Shown: positions 29,820 to 37,637 of the stretch, in pieces
Position numbering within the stretch: position 1 is the stretch's first letter
Layout: every line of letters begins with the position of its first letter
Origin: a virus
Taxonomy: Duplodnaviria; Caudoviricetes
Direction: 5' to 3' (one strand)
Length of the DNA stretch: 52,651 nt
IMG/VR virus record: IMGVR_UViG_3300025508_000025
Coordinates: 1 to 52,651 of that record
Position numbers and translations under genes: made by a program
Notes under the pieces: generated by a model
What the model saw: only the letters and a program-made list of their open reading frames with translations
Database searches by the model: none
Told to the model about the DNA's origin: nothing

Positions 29820-30519
29820 CTTTTACCTCCTTTGGTAAGTTATTTATAAATTCTTGAATCGCAACATCTAAAGTTTCTTTATGCTTTGGAAACTTATCTT
29901 TAAGAGTTCCTACTGCTTCGCTGTTAGTTTTATAGGCATTTACAACTTCATCCCTCGTGGTATAAAGAGCCAAGGTTTCTACAAATCCATGAACAAAAGC
30001 ATCTGCCCAACCTTTAGACCCCATAGCATCCTCTTCAACAACCTCTTCCTTTACAGGTTCAGCTTTCTTAGGTGGTGCTTTCTTTTCTTTAGGCTGTTCA
30101 TCTTTAGCTTCATCAGGCAAAGTTTCATCAGCCATACCAGTAAAGACTGATATGCCTAATCCAAACATCGCCACACATTTAACCAAGCATCGCATCGCAT
30201 TATCTGATACTTGCCTAGCATGAGGATTGACCACTGGGTTATTCTTATAATCCATGACTGGCAATCTCATCTCTCTTACCAAGTCATCAATCATAATTCT
30301 AGTCACAACTTCAGCCGTGCCATCAGGTAGAGTCTTGTAAGGTACTCCATCGAAATCGACAAACTCATATTGTGCTTGTGGGTACTCCTCACATAGAAGC
30401 ATCCACATCCTTGACCAACTCAGATAAGTTAGTTTCATTTTCTCCTCAGTGTGTTTTGACACATCCACTTTGGATAGTGTTTCCCACACATCTTTATAGG
30501 TTAGTTTTTTCTCAGCCAT
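29812..30519 (-). CDS. Sak3/DUF1071-like ssDNA annealing protein
   Basis: LTYLSWS, LPVMDYKN, MRCLVKCVAMFGLG. Confidence 0.75.
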   Translation of the reverse strand: MAEKKLTYKDVWETLSKVDVSKHTEEKMKLTYLSWSRMWMLLCEEYPQAQYEFVDFDGVPYKTLPDGTAEVVTRIMIDDLVREMRLPVMDYKNNPVVNPHARQVSDNAMRCLVKCVAMFGLGISVFTGMADETLPDEAKDEQPKEKKAPPKKAEPVKEEVVEEDAMGSKGWADAFVHGFVETLALYTTRDEVVNAYKTNSEAVGTLKDKFPKHKETLDVAIQEFINNLPKEVKDD

Positions 30520-30520
30520 T

Positions 30521-30970
30521 TTATACCTCCTCAGTATTTAATTGTTTGTAAGTCATATTCTTGTACTTGTTAAATAAATCTTTAACAAACTTAGGAACAT
30601 CTATCTCCTTGAAAGAGTTCATCATGATGTCTCTCTCAACTAGGTTCTTAAACAGACCCCAAGAATCCCATACAATACTCAAAGGCATACTGTGTGCATG
30701 ATAAGGACTTTGAATACCTGTCTGATAATGAAATCCTTTTCTATAATTAAACTTCATTACTTTGTCCTGAAGTTTGTTATGCCTAACCCTAGATTCTTCT
30801 TCAAGTTCTTTAATCTTCAGGTCTAACTCATAAAGACTTTGCCTCTCACTATCAAATAATTGATATTGTTTGGTTTGCTTTAGTGCTTCTAATTTTTTTA
30901 AATGGTGTTGTTCCATTAACTTCTTTACCTCTTTTGAGATAAAGTCTCTTTCTTTAGCTAATAATTTCAT
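30521..30970 (-). CDS. Hypothetical protein
   Basis: Likely start MKLLAKE with GGGAG SD. Confidence 0.5.
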   Translation of the reverse strand: MKLLAKERDFISKEVKKLMEQHHLKKLEALKQTKQYQLFDSERQSLYELDLKIKELEEESRVRHNKLQDKVMKFNYRKGFHYQTGIQSPYHAHSMPLSIVWDSWGLFKNLVERDIMMNSFKEIDVPKFVKDLFNKYKNMTYKQLNTEEV

Positions 30971-31856
30971 TTTTCTCCCTTTGAAATTGATCACAAAATT
31001 CAGCCACATCACAATAGTCTTTACATCGAATACATTCTCCCTTGAGAAATTCTATGTTTAGAATCTTCTTGTCATCGTGACCACCTAAAAACTCATCAGC
31101 TAATTCTTGCGTATCCAAAACACGCAGAGCAGATTTCCTACCCTTTTTCATAACTCGATAAGCATCCTTCCTTCTCCACACTTCCGCATCACTGCACAAA
31201 GGCAATGTCTTACTGATTAGATAATCAGCTTCTGCATCTTGATGGATTGAAACTCGTTGTTTGATAAACTCTTCTTGTTGTTCTTCACTCCATTTGAGTA
31301 TAGGAATGACACTGACTGGTGACTTAGGATAACCATCCCCACTTCTCAGCATTTGGTTTTTGCTCCAGTCTCGATTGATCGTAATTATATTTAACTGGTC
31401 AATAGAAATTTCTGGGTAGTTCTGACGAAGCAACCAATCGTAGCAATTAAGCTGTTGTTCCCACTCTATCTTCCCATCTTTCATTGCAGACATAACTGAC
31501 CAAACAGATGTGACTTTGTAATCTTTAAGAGTGTTAGTGCCTAAAGAGATTGAATCAGTCTGACCACTGATAGTCCAACCATTTACCTTGGCGAACATCC
31601 TCTCCTCTGTGATGGTGTCCTCGTTGCCCTCATTGGCTCTCTCAAGGATAGTGTGAACACTTTGACCTAGTAGCTTCCAAATCTCGTTAGAGACATCCAC
31701 ACTGATCTCAGAGTCATGTTCCTCTTTAAGTAGTCTAATGCGAGGAGGAGCAAGTAAACCAGTGACCGACATAGTAGAAGCACCTTTAGAGTAGCTATCG
31801 TTATGCACCGCCCTGATTATTTCATCAGGTATGTTCTGATTGTTAGTGTATTTCAA
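30954..31856 (-). CDS. PD-(D/E)XK exonuclease (Cas4/AddB-like)
   Basis: GQSVHTILE, ISGQTD...DYKVT, QLNCY, C-terminal RCKDYCDVAEFC. Confidence 0.75.
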   Translation of the reverse strand: MKYTNNQNIPDEIIRAVHNDSYSKGASTMSVTGLLAPPRIRLLKEEHDSEISVDVSNEIWKLLGQSVHTILERANEGNEDTITEERMFAKVNGWTISGQTDSISLGTNTLKDYKVTSVWSVMSAMKDGKIEWEQQLNCYDWLLRQNYPEISIDQLNIITINRDWSKNQMLRSGDGYPKSPVSVIPILKWSEEQQEEFIKQRVSIHQDAEADYLISKTLPLCSDAEVWRRKDAYRVMKKGRKSALRVLDTQELADEFLGGHDDKKILNIEFLKGECIRCKDYCDVAEFCDQFQREKNEIIS

Positions 31857-32145
31857 TGTGTATTCCTTTTCCTTTTTTGCTTAGAGATACAACATTGCCA
31901 ATCTCAGCTTGAGCCTTGAGACCCTTAATAGATATTCTTCTATCTCCTCTAGCATTGTTAGTTCTATATAGATTGATAACAGTCTCAGTGCCATCAATAA
32001 ACTTAGCTTCTAGTGTGGCTCTATCGCCTGACTTCATCTTATTAAAGTCAACGCCATAAGATTTAACAAACTCTCTTACGCTGTTGTTAGCATCTATGAT
32101 TGCTTTGTCTAACATTGTCTTAGTGAGTTTGATCTGTGCTTCCAT
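31843..32145 (-). CDS. Hypothetical protein
   Basis: TAATG-coupled ORF. Confidence 0.55.
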   Translation of the reverse strand: MEAQIKLTKTMLDKAIIDANNSVREFVKSYGVDFNKMKSGDRATLEAKFIDGTETVINLYRTNNARGDRRISIKGLKAQAEIGNVVSLSKKGKGIHIEIH

Positions 32146-32390
32146 TACTTAATTCTCCATATGCCTATGCCATCAGCTAACTGTCTTACAGTAAACTTCT
32201 TGTTAGGATTCTTGTAAGTGAATCGCAACACAAAGTTCCTAATGATTTTTTGTTCTTGGTTTATTTTGGTTTTAGGTAGTGGTACAACGATACTGTCATC
32301 TACCTTTAAATCTTCTAAAGGTAAGTCGTACTTTCTTGGTTTACCTTTTGATCTAGGTAGTGGTATACCTTTCTTAATTTCAAACTCCAT
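32145..32390 (-). CDS. Small putative DNA-binding protein
   Basis: FEIKKGIPLP...KY.LP...GIGIWRI; GAGG SD; first gene of the operon. Confidence 0.55.
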   Translation of the reverse strand: MEFEIKKGIPLPRSKGKPRKYDLPLEDLKVDDSIVVPLPKTKINQEQKIIRNFVLRFTYKNPNKKFTVRQLADGIGIWRIK

Positions 32391-32420
32391 ATGCTTTCCT
32401 CAATAGATGGTTATGAATAA

Positions 32421-32448
32421 ATTATATAGACTAATTGAATTTTATCAA
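32421..32448 (-). promoter_or_regulatory. Sigma70-like promoter of recombination operon
   Basis: TTGATA-16 bp-TATAAT on minus strand upstream of 32390. Confidence 0.5.
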
Positions 32449-32515
32449 GAGAGATGATGTTAATTTGTTTATAAGCAGATGAACCCTTGATTAGTATGGT
32501 GGAATGAATTAATAT

Positions 32516-32794
32516 TTGGGAATGGATTTAAACGCTGAAACAAAACTTGATCTCTTGGTTATTAAACAAGCTGTTCGAGATTGTGGAAGCAAGGACATTG
32601 ATATTTCAAGTAAGGCACTCTCTTATTTTATATCAGATGACTTTAAAAAACTAGCAAAACGCAATCATATCGATGCAGATATGGTTAGAGGTGCAGTTGG
32701 AAGTTTAAGTGCTTACCCACTACTATCAAGAAAGAAGTTAGCTAATGATATGGCTAAAGAGATTGATGCTGTGTGGGTTAAGAAGATTACTTAG
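32516..32794 (+). CDS. Hypothetical protein (start may be ATG 32522)
   Basis: 92-aa ORF heading the divergent + operon. Confidence 0.5.
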   Translation: MGMDLNAETKLDLLVIKQAVRDCGSKDIDISSKALSYFISDDFKKLAKRNHIDADMVRGAVGSLSAYPLLSRKKLANDMAKEIDAVWVKKIT

Positions 32795-32817
32795 TAGGTA
32801 TATATACCTAGTAAGTA
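32788..32817. repeat. 30-bp near-perfect palindrome
   Basis: TACTTA-G-TAGGTATATATACCTA-G-TAAGTA upstream of primase-helicase. Confidence 0.7.
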
Positions 32818-32874
32818 TTTTAATAAGTAACTACTAAAAGTAGTAAGTATAAAAAGAAATGTAAGGGAGGTCTT

Positions 32875-34647
32875 ATGCAAAGTCAAGAGGTAAGTGATAT
32901 TAGAAGTCACATTAACCACAACAATAAAACAGGTGACATGGGTCAGGGTCAGTACAAGATTACTTGTCCTAGTTGCCAAAACAACAGAACAAAAAACAGA
33001 ACAGACACCCCACTAAGTGTCAATATTAATTCAGAAACCATAGTTTATAATTGTCATCATTGTGGAATCAATGGTGCATTTCCAAGAACACAAGGAGTTA
33101 AAATGTCAGTCGTCAAAACACCACCAAAGAAACCAATGAAGCCAATCAATCTACCCAAAGAAACCAAATCAGATAAGACTGCTCAATGGTTATTGGCACG
33201 AGGAATTAGTCAGGAGGTAGCGGAGGATTGTGGTTGCGTCTTGGCAGAAAAAAATAATTTACCAGTCATAGGTTTTTCTTTCCACGATGGTTCTAACACT
33301 ATCGCAGTCAAATGGAGAACAGCAAATGGTAAGAAAGACTTTTGGTGGGATAACAACGCAGTCAAACTATGGGGTAAGCAAACTTTCAAAGATGATTTGC
33401 CAACAGTTGAATCAACGATTGTAATTACAGAGGGAGAGATGGATACCCTTGCAATTAAAGAAGCGTTCAAAAATCACAGCAACATTACAGTTTACTCAGT
33501 TCCAAATGGAGCACCAAACAAAGTAGCAGATGACAAGAAGGTTGACCCAAATGAAGAGGGTAGGTTTAAGTATGTGTGGAGTGAGAGAGCAAAGTTCGAG
33601 GATGTTGAGAGGATTATTCTTGCCACTGATATAGATGATAGTGGAGATGCCTTGGCACAGGAGTTGTCAAGGAGACTTAACAAGGCTAGATGTTATAAGG
33701 TTGATTACCTTGGACATAAAGATGCGAATGATCTATTAATAGAGACAGATGCTAAGACTGTTAGACAACAGATACTTAATGCACAGCCAGTTCCTTTGCA
33801 TGGTCTTAACAACATAGACTTTTACGATAAGGAGTTCCAAACTTTGTATGACCAAGGATATCCTAAAGGAGTAAGCACAGGGTTTGCCCAAGTAGATAGT
33901 CTATTTAATTTGCAGACAGGTTATCTTGCAGTGATCACAGGCTATCCTTCGGATGGTAAGTCAGCTTTTGTTGATCAGTTGTGTGTGAATGTAGCCAAGA
34001 ATTACGGATGGAAAACAAACTACTGTTCTTTTGAAAAGCCACCAACACTTCATGCAATTCAGTTAGCACAATGTTTTACTGGTAAACCATTTTTTGAAGG
34101 GCAGAATGCACGGATGACCCAAGAAGAAAAAGACTTCTCGCAACACTTTATCAACGAACATTTTTTATTCCAAGATTACCAAGATGGAGGGATGCCCACG
34201 ATTGAAAGAGTTCTAGAAAAAGGAGCAGATGCAGTCATGAGATATGGGGTAAAGATACTTGTCATAGACCCATTCAATTTTATCCAGTCCAATCATCAAG
34301 GTTTAGTCACAGATGCTATCTCTGAAATGCTTACGAAAGTTCAGTTGTTTTGCAAGAAATTTGATGTGCTTTGTTTCTTTATTGCTCATCCCACCAAACC
34401 TTTTGTCAGGGATGGCAAGAAGAATGTTTGTACTGGGAATGATATCAGTGGAAGTAATGCTTGGTTCTCTAAATGTGATACAGGATTGACAGTTTATCGT
34501 GGGGAAAGTAATGTAGAGATACATTGTTGGAAGCAAAGGTGGGCATGGTGTGGAAAAACAGGTAACACCAGTCTAACTTTTGACCCATTGAGTAATAGAT
34601 ATGCAGAAGAAGAAGTCTTACATGACGATTATGACTGGGAATTCTAA
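32875..34647 (+). CDS. T7 gp4/Twinkle-like DNA primase-helicase
   Basis: Zn finger CPSC...CHHC; TOPRIM ITEGEMD, ATDID, HKDAND; Walker A GYPSDGKS; LVIDP; IAHPTK. Confidence 0.9.
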   Translation: MQSQEVSDIRSHINHNNKTGDMGQGQYKITCPSCQNNRTKNRTDTPLSVNINSETIVYNCHHCGINGAFPRTQGVKMSVVKTPPKKPMKPINLPKETKSDKTAQWLLARGISQEVAEDCGCVLAEKNNLPVIGFSFHDGSNTIAVKWRTANGKKDFWWDNNAVKLWGKQTFKDDLPTVESTIVITEGEMDTLAIKEAFKNHSNITVYSVPNGAPNKVADDKKVDPNEEGRFKYVWSERAKFEDVERIILATDIDDSGDALAQELSRRLNKARCYKVDYLGHKDANDLLIETDAKTVRQQILNAQPVPLHGLNNIDFYDKEFQTLYDQGYPKGVSTGFAQVDSLFNLQTGYLAVITGYPSDGKSAFVDQLCVNVAKNYGWKTNYCSFEKPPTLHAIQLAQCFTGKPFFEGQNARMTQEEKDFSQHFINEHFLFQDYQDGGMPTIERVLEKGADAVMRYGVKILVIDPFNFIQSNHQGLVTDAISEMLTKVQLFCKKFDVLCFFIAHPTKPFVRDGKKNVCTGNDISGSNAWFSKCDTGLTVYRGESNVEIHCWKQRWAWCGKTGNTSLTFDPLSNRYAEEEVLHDDYDWEF

Positions 34648-35143
34648 AGAAGATATTCATGTCAATGATATAGGCAGTGCTTATCTTCATAAAAGACATA
34701 AGGTTCAAGTCAAACAATTTGCTAAATCAAAAGTTGGTCGAGCCATAGTGCTTGATCAACACTTAATAGATGTGCTGTTTCTTAATAACGACCTTGATAC
34801 CCAACAACATAATGTATGCGATAAGTATCTTGGTTTATTAAGTAAGTCAGGATGTTTTGTCCAGACCCCAGCTCTAGATAAAATATTATTTACTGGTCAT
34901 CAAAATTCAGCCTCCGAATCTCGCTCTGTAATTCTAATTAAAGTTCAAAGAAAAATTACAGAAGAAGTTGGGAGAAAAAAAGAACAGTTGTTTTGGAATT
35001 TGATGGTAAACAACCCAAAGAAAATCAATGCCTTGGAGGTAATGGTAATTCAAGAATGTGCGGATGCACTACAAAACTATTGGTATGTCAGTCAGCAGAA
35101 CCCTGTATCGCTGTTCCAACAAAGCCTTGTAAACCAGTCTTAA
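34601..35143 (+). CDS. Hypothetical protein (start uncertain)
   Basis: Overlaps end of helicase gene. Confidence 0.55.
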   Translation: MQKKKSYMTIMTGNSKEDIHVNDIGSAYLHKRHKVQVKQFAKSKVGRAIVLDQHLIDVLFLNNDLDTQQHNVCDKYLGLLSKSGCFVQTPALDKILFTGHQNSASESRSVILIKVQRKITEEVGRKKEQLFWNLMVNNPKKINALEVMVIQECADALQNYWYVSQQNPVSLFQQSLVNQS

Positions 35144-35309
35144 CTGGTACAGTTTCTTGTTTCTTAGGTTTAACAACAACACCCTTATCATCTGCTTCGT
35201 TATGAATCATATGAATGATCTGCTTGTTAAGTGATCTGCTTTCTTTTTTAGCTAAAGCGTGTGCTAGTTCGTAAGTTTCTTCTGAACATCTAATGAATAG
35301 GCTCTTCAT
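35088..35309 (-). CDS. Arc/ribbon-helix-helix DNA-binding protein
   Basis: SLFIRCSEE...AKKESRSLNKQIIHMI. Confidence 0.7.
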   Translation of the reverse strand: MKSLFIRCSEETYELAHALAKKESRSLNKQIIHMIHNEADDKGVVVKPKKQETVPVKTGLQGFVGTAIQGSAD

Positions 35310-35646
35310 CTTCTAATCCCTCTGTTATTAATTCTTCCAATGCACTCTGTATATTTTCATCTGTATAAATAATCTCAGGAGCATCCTGTATTTCTGCAAT
35401 GGCAACGCTCTCTCTTCCTACTTGATAGAATCTATCGTTTTCAAGTTGATGAATAGCTGATTTAAGAAGCCATGTATTAGATGTAATTAAAGGGTCATCG
35501 AGTAATGAAATGGCAAAGGTCAAAGCATCTAGCTCATTTTGAAATACCCATACCAAATGTTTCCATTTAGCACTACTCTTAGTGCTGTTGGGATTACTTG
35601 GGTCAGGAATATCTAACTTGTAAGTGTGTCTAATAACTGCAAACAT
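35290..35646 (-). CDS. Hypothetical protein, possibly leaderless
   Basis: TTTCAA-17-TAGAAT (35681-35653) ends 6 nt before the ATG. Confidence 0.55.
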   Translation of the reverse strand: MFAVIRHTYKLDIPDPSNPNSTKSSAKWKHLVWVFQNELDALTFAISLLDDPLITSNTWLLKSAIHQLENDRFYQVGRESVAIAEIQDAPEIIYTDENIQSALEELITEGLEDEEPIH

Positions 35647-35804
35647 TCCTATATTCTAAGTGAAATGCAATCAAATTGAAAGCTGTTCTACATGGAACAC
35701 GCAAACAAATGGATCGCAGCCCAGAAAAAAATAAATATTATTTACCCGTCTGGGAAAAGTTCTAGCCAAAAAGTTCATTGGAGTATGGACTATCACTCAC
35801 TACC

Positions 35805-35838
35805 AAAAAAAAAGGGTAAACATCTCTGCTTACCCTTT
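35805..35838 (-). terminator. Intrinsic terminator
   Basis: GGGUAAGCA-GAGA-UGUUUACCC followed by U9 on minus strand. Confidence 0.7.
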
Positions 35839-35947
35839 AAAAATCTAACTAATTAGACTTGGAGGTCTCACTCTTATGAAGTGATTGGAAAGGCGTTGTA
35901 TTTGGATTGTTCCTTTAATGCTCATCCAGTTTTTGAGCAACCTTATG
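35805..35947 (-). ncRNA. Putative small RNA with anti-SD loop
   Basis: Promoter TTGCAA-16-TATATT (35981-35954); hairpins UGCUCA/UGAGCA and AGAC-CUCCAA-GUCU; intrinsic terminator; 5' end inferred. Confidence 0.45.
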
Positions 35948-35984
35948 ATTCTTAATATACATGAATGATTGCAGATTGCAAGAC

Positions 35985-36016
35985 TTATTAACAGTTTATC
36001 CACAGGGTTATCCACA
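35985..36016 (+). promoter_or_regulatory. Tandem DnaA boxes (putative origin or regulatory site)
   Basis: TTATCCACA at 35996-36004 and 36008-36016; TTATTAACA at 35985-35993. Confidence 0.7.
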
Positions 36017-36247
36017 GCCGAATACCAGTAAATAAAATATATTTTCAAAAAAAAACTGGGATGGTAAGAAATTTACTGCAACCCATCAAAGTTTATATAC
36101 CAGTAAATATATTTTTTTTTCAGCAGGGTAAACAAAAATCCCCCCCCTCTTCTACAACCCCAGTAAATTCTATATACCAGTAAATATTTTTTCTCCCTGT
36201 AGAAAAACACAGCCGTTGGATGCCCTTGAAACACCTTATTTTGAGCC

Positions 36248-36290
36248 AAAAAAAAAGGCGATAGCCACTAATTAAAGTAGCTACCGCCTT
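36248..36290 (-). terminator. Intrinsic terminator ending the early operon
   Basis: AGGCGGUAGCUACU-loop-AGUGGCUAUCGCCU then U-run, just after the stop at 36298. Confidence 0.75.
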
Positions 36291-36297
36291 ATTTATT

Positions 36298-36627
36298 TTA
36301 TCCCTCCCTTGATTTTCTAATGAAGCCAAGATGCCTATTTACATGGAAACCCCTTCGTTGATACCATGTTCTAAGCTGAACAACATTTAAACCTTTTCTT
36401 CCCAGTCGTTGAATTTGACCAGTGATTTCAAGGTTATGTTTATCTGCCAATTTAACCAACCAATCCAAACCTTTAGAACCTAATCCAGTTCCCATGTTTA
36501 AAGATATGATTGCACTTAGTCTTATGCCTTTGAGAGTAGGATTCAATTCAAAAGTTGCCACGCTATCTAAAACATATAGATGCCCTACTTTAATTGTTTC
36601 CGATTCTAATTCTTCCCAAAAACTCAT
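36298..36627 (-). CDS. GNAT-like acetyltransferase
   Basis: GTGLGSKGLDWL (acetyl-CoA motif A-like), LRTWYQRRGF; likely start MSFWEE. Confidence 0.55.
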   Translation of the reverse strand: MSFWEELESETIKVGHLYVLDSVATFELNPTLKGIRLSAIISLNMGTGLGSKGLDWLVKLADKHNLEITGQIQRLGRKGLNVVQLRTWYQRRGFHVNRHLGFIRKSREG

Positions 36628-36629
36628 GA

Positions 36630-36812
36630 TTAATCTCTGCAAAAGATCAGGACTGATAAACAAAAAGCTGTTCCCAATCCACTATAGAAGATCACAAAGT
36701 AATCTGCCCTAGCTATCCATTCTTGCGAAAGTAATCCCTCTCCCCAAGTAAAACCTAGGAAGAGAAATGCAATAGCACCCATTGATGCAATGATAGTTAA
36801 GAATCTATTCAT
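36630..36812 (-). CDS. Small two-TM membrane protein
   Basis: GGAGG SD; two hydrophobic segments. Confidence 0.55.
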   Translation of the reverse strand: MNRFLTIIASMGAIAFLFLGFTWGEGLLSQEWIARADYFVIFYSGLGTAFCLSVLIFCRD

Positions 36813-36949
36813 GATAATTCCTCCTCATCAATAAAGAATTTGATATGAACAAATCCTCCACTCATAGATGAGATTGAATATCTATAATCGCAAGTTTCCA
36901 ACCATGCAATAAAAGACTTTAGATGCTTCGTCTGAATACTAGCACTCAT
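36809..36949 (-). CDS. Small protein (46 aa, not in ORF track)
   Basis: GAGGT SD, ATGA overlaps; FIAWLETC. Confidence 0.55.
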   Translation of the reverse strand: MSASIQTKHLKSFIAWLETCDYRYSISSMSGGFVHIKFFIDEEELS

Positions 36950-37092
36950 GATTGCACCTCCTCTTCGATGTCAGACAACCATTCATCAAAATCTTGTCTT
37001 AATCCGTCTGGCATATCATTAAGTAATATTTCCATTTTAGGATTGTCATTCCATTGAATTAATATTTGAGTTGCTACTATTGTTCTGCTCAT
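36946..37092 (-). CDS. Small acidic protein (48 aa, not in ORF track)
   Basis: GAGGT SD, ATGA overlaps at both ends. Confidence 0.55.
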   Translation of the reverse strand: MSRTIVATQILIQWNDNPKMEILLNDMPDGLRQDFDEWLSDIEEEVQS

Positions 37093-37451
37093 GATTGCAC
37101 CTCGTGATTCACAGTCAAAGTTATCAGATACTTTTTATCCTGAATATCTTTACATAGATTTATTACATCTAGATTTGTATAAAGACTCTCTCGCATAGCA
37201 AAAGAATCTAAAAACAAATCAGACTCATTCCTAGCAAAATAAATAGCATTGAGTATTAAACTCAATACATCCACCTCACTCATTGATTTATCTTTTGGAA
37301 CACCATTAGGATATTTCAAAAAACATGAGACTAACATCCAATCAGCCTTGCTCATGATATTTGGCAAATCTCCTATAGGAGTTTTACCTTTCATATCAAT
37401 CCCATATTTGCTTCCCATTTCTGAAAAGACTTTATCTCGTTCTTTATTCAT
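37089..37451 (-). CDS. Hypothetical early protein
   Basis: GGAGGT SD. Confidence 0.6.
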   Translation of the reverse strand: MNKERDKVFSEMGSKYGIDMKGKTPIGDLPNIMSKADWMLVSCFLKYPNGVPKDKSMSEVDVLSLILNAIYFARNESDLFLDSFAMRESLYTNLDVINLCKDIQDKKYLITLTVNHEVQS

Positions 37452-37484
37452 AATTTACCTCCAAGTAATATTTGAATAGTTAAG

Positions 37485-37540
37485 TTTCTGTTTCGACCTT
37501 TTAGGTCTCATCAGGGAAAAAACACATTTTCCGACAGAAA
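37485..37540 (-). ncRNA. Hammerhead ribozyme HH1 (type III, canonical)
   Basis: UUUCUG-UC^GGAAAA-ugugUU-UUUUCC-CUGAUGA-GACC-uaaaa-GGUC-GAAA-CAGAAA; GUC cut 37533/37532. Confidence 0.93.
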
Positions 37541-37584
37541 TCGCCAAAATAGGCTTCATGTACTCGCACCAGTGAACGAATCGT

Positions 37585-37623
37585 GGGAGGGTCAAGGGTC
37601 TTGCAACCCCTGAAACACCCCCC
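37585..37623 (-). other. GC-rich GNRA-capped hairpin between vWA gene and HH1
   Basis: UCAGGGGUU-GCAA-GACCCUUGA extended by G-run/CCCUCCC; no U-tail. Confidence 0.6.
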
Positions 37624-37637
37624 TCGCATATCGCATC

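Noticed and set aside
30954-31856. Cas4-like nuclease as CRISPR evidence
   Set aside because: Sits with SSAP and SSB in a recombination module; no array seen
35855-35884. Plus-strand GGAGG followed by ATG
   Set aside because: Gives only Met-Lys-stop; better read as a minus-strand anti-SD loop
35845-36329. ORFs 35845..36048 and 36120..36329
   Set aside because: No SD; they cross DnaA boxes, homopolymer runs and a terminator; likely spurious
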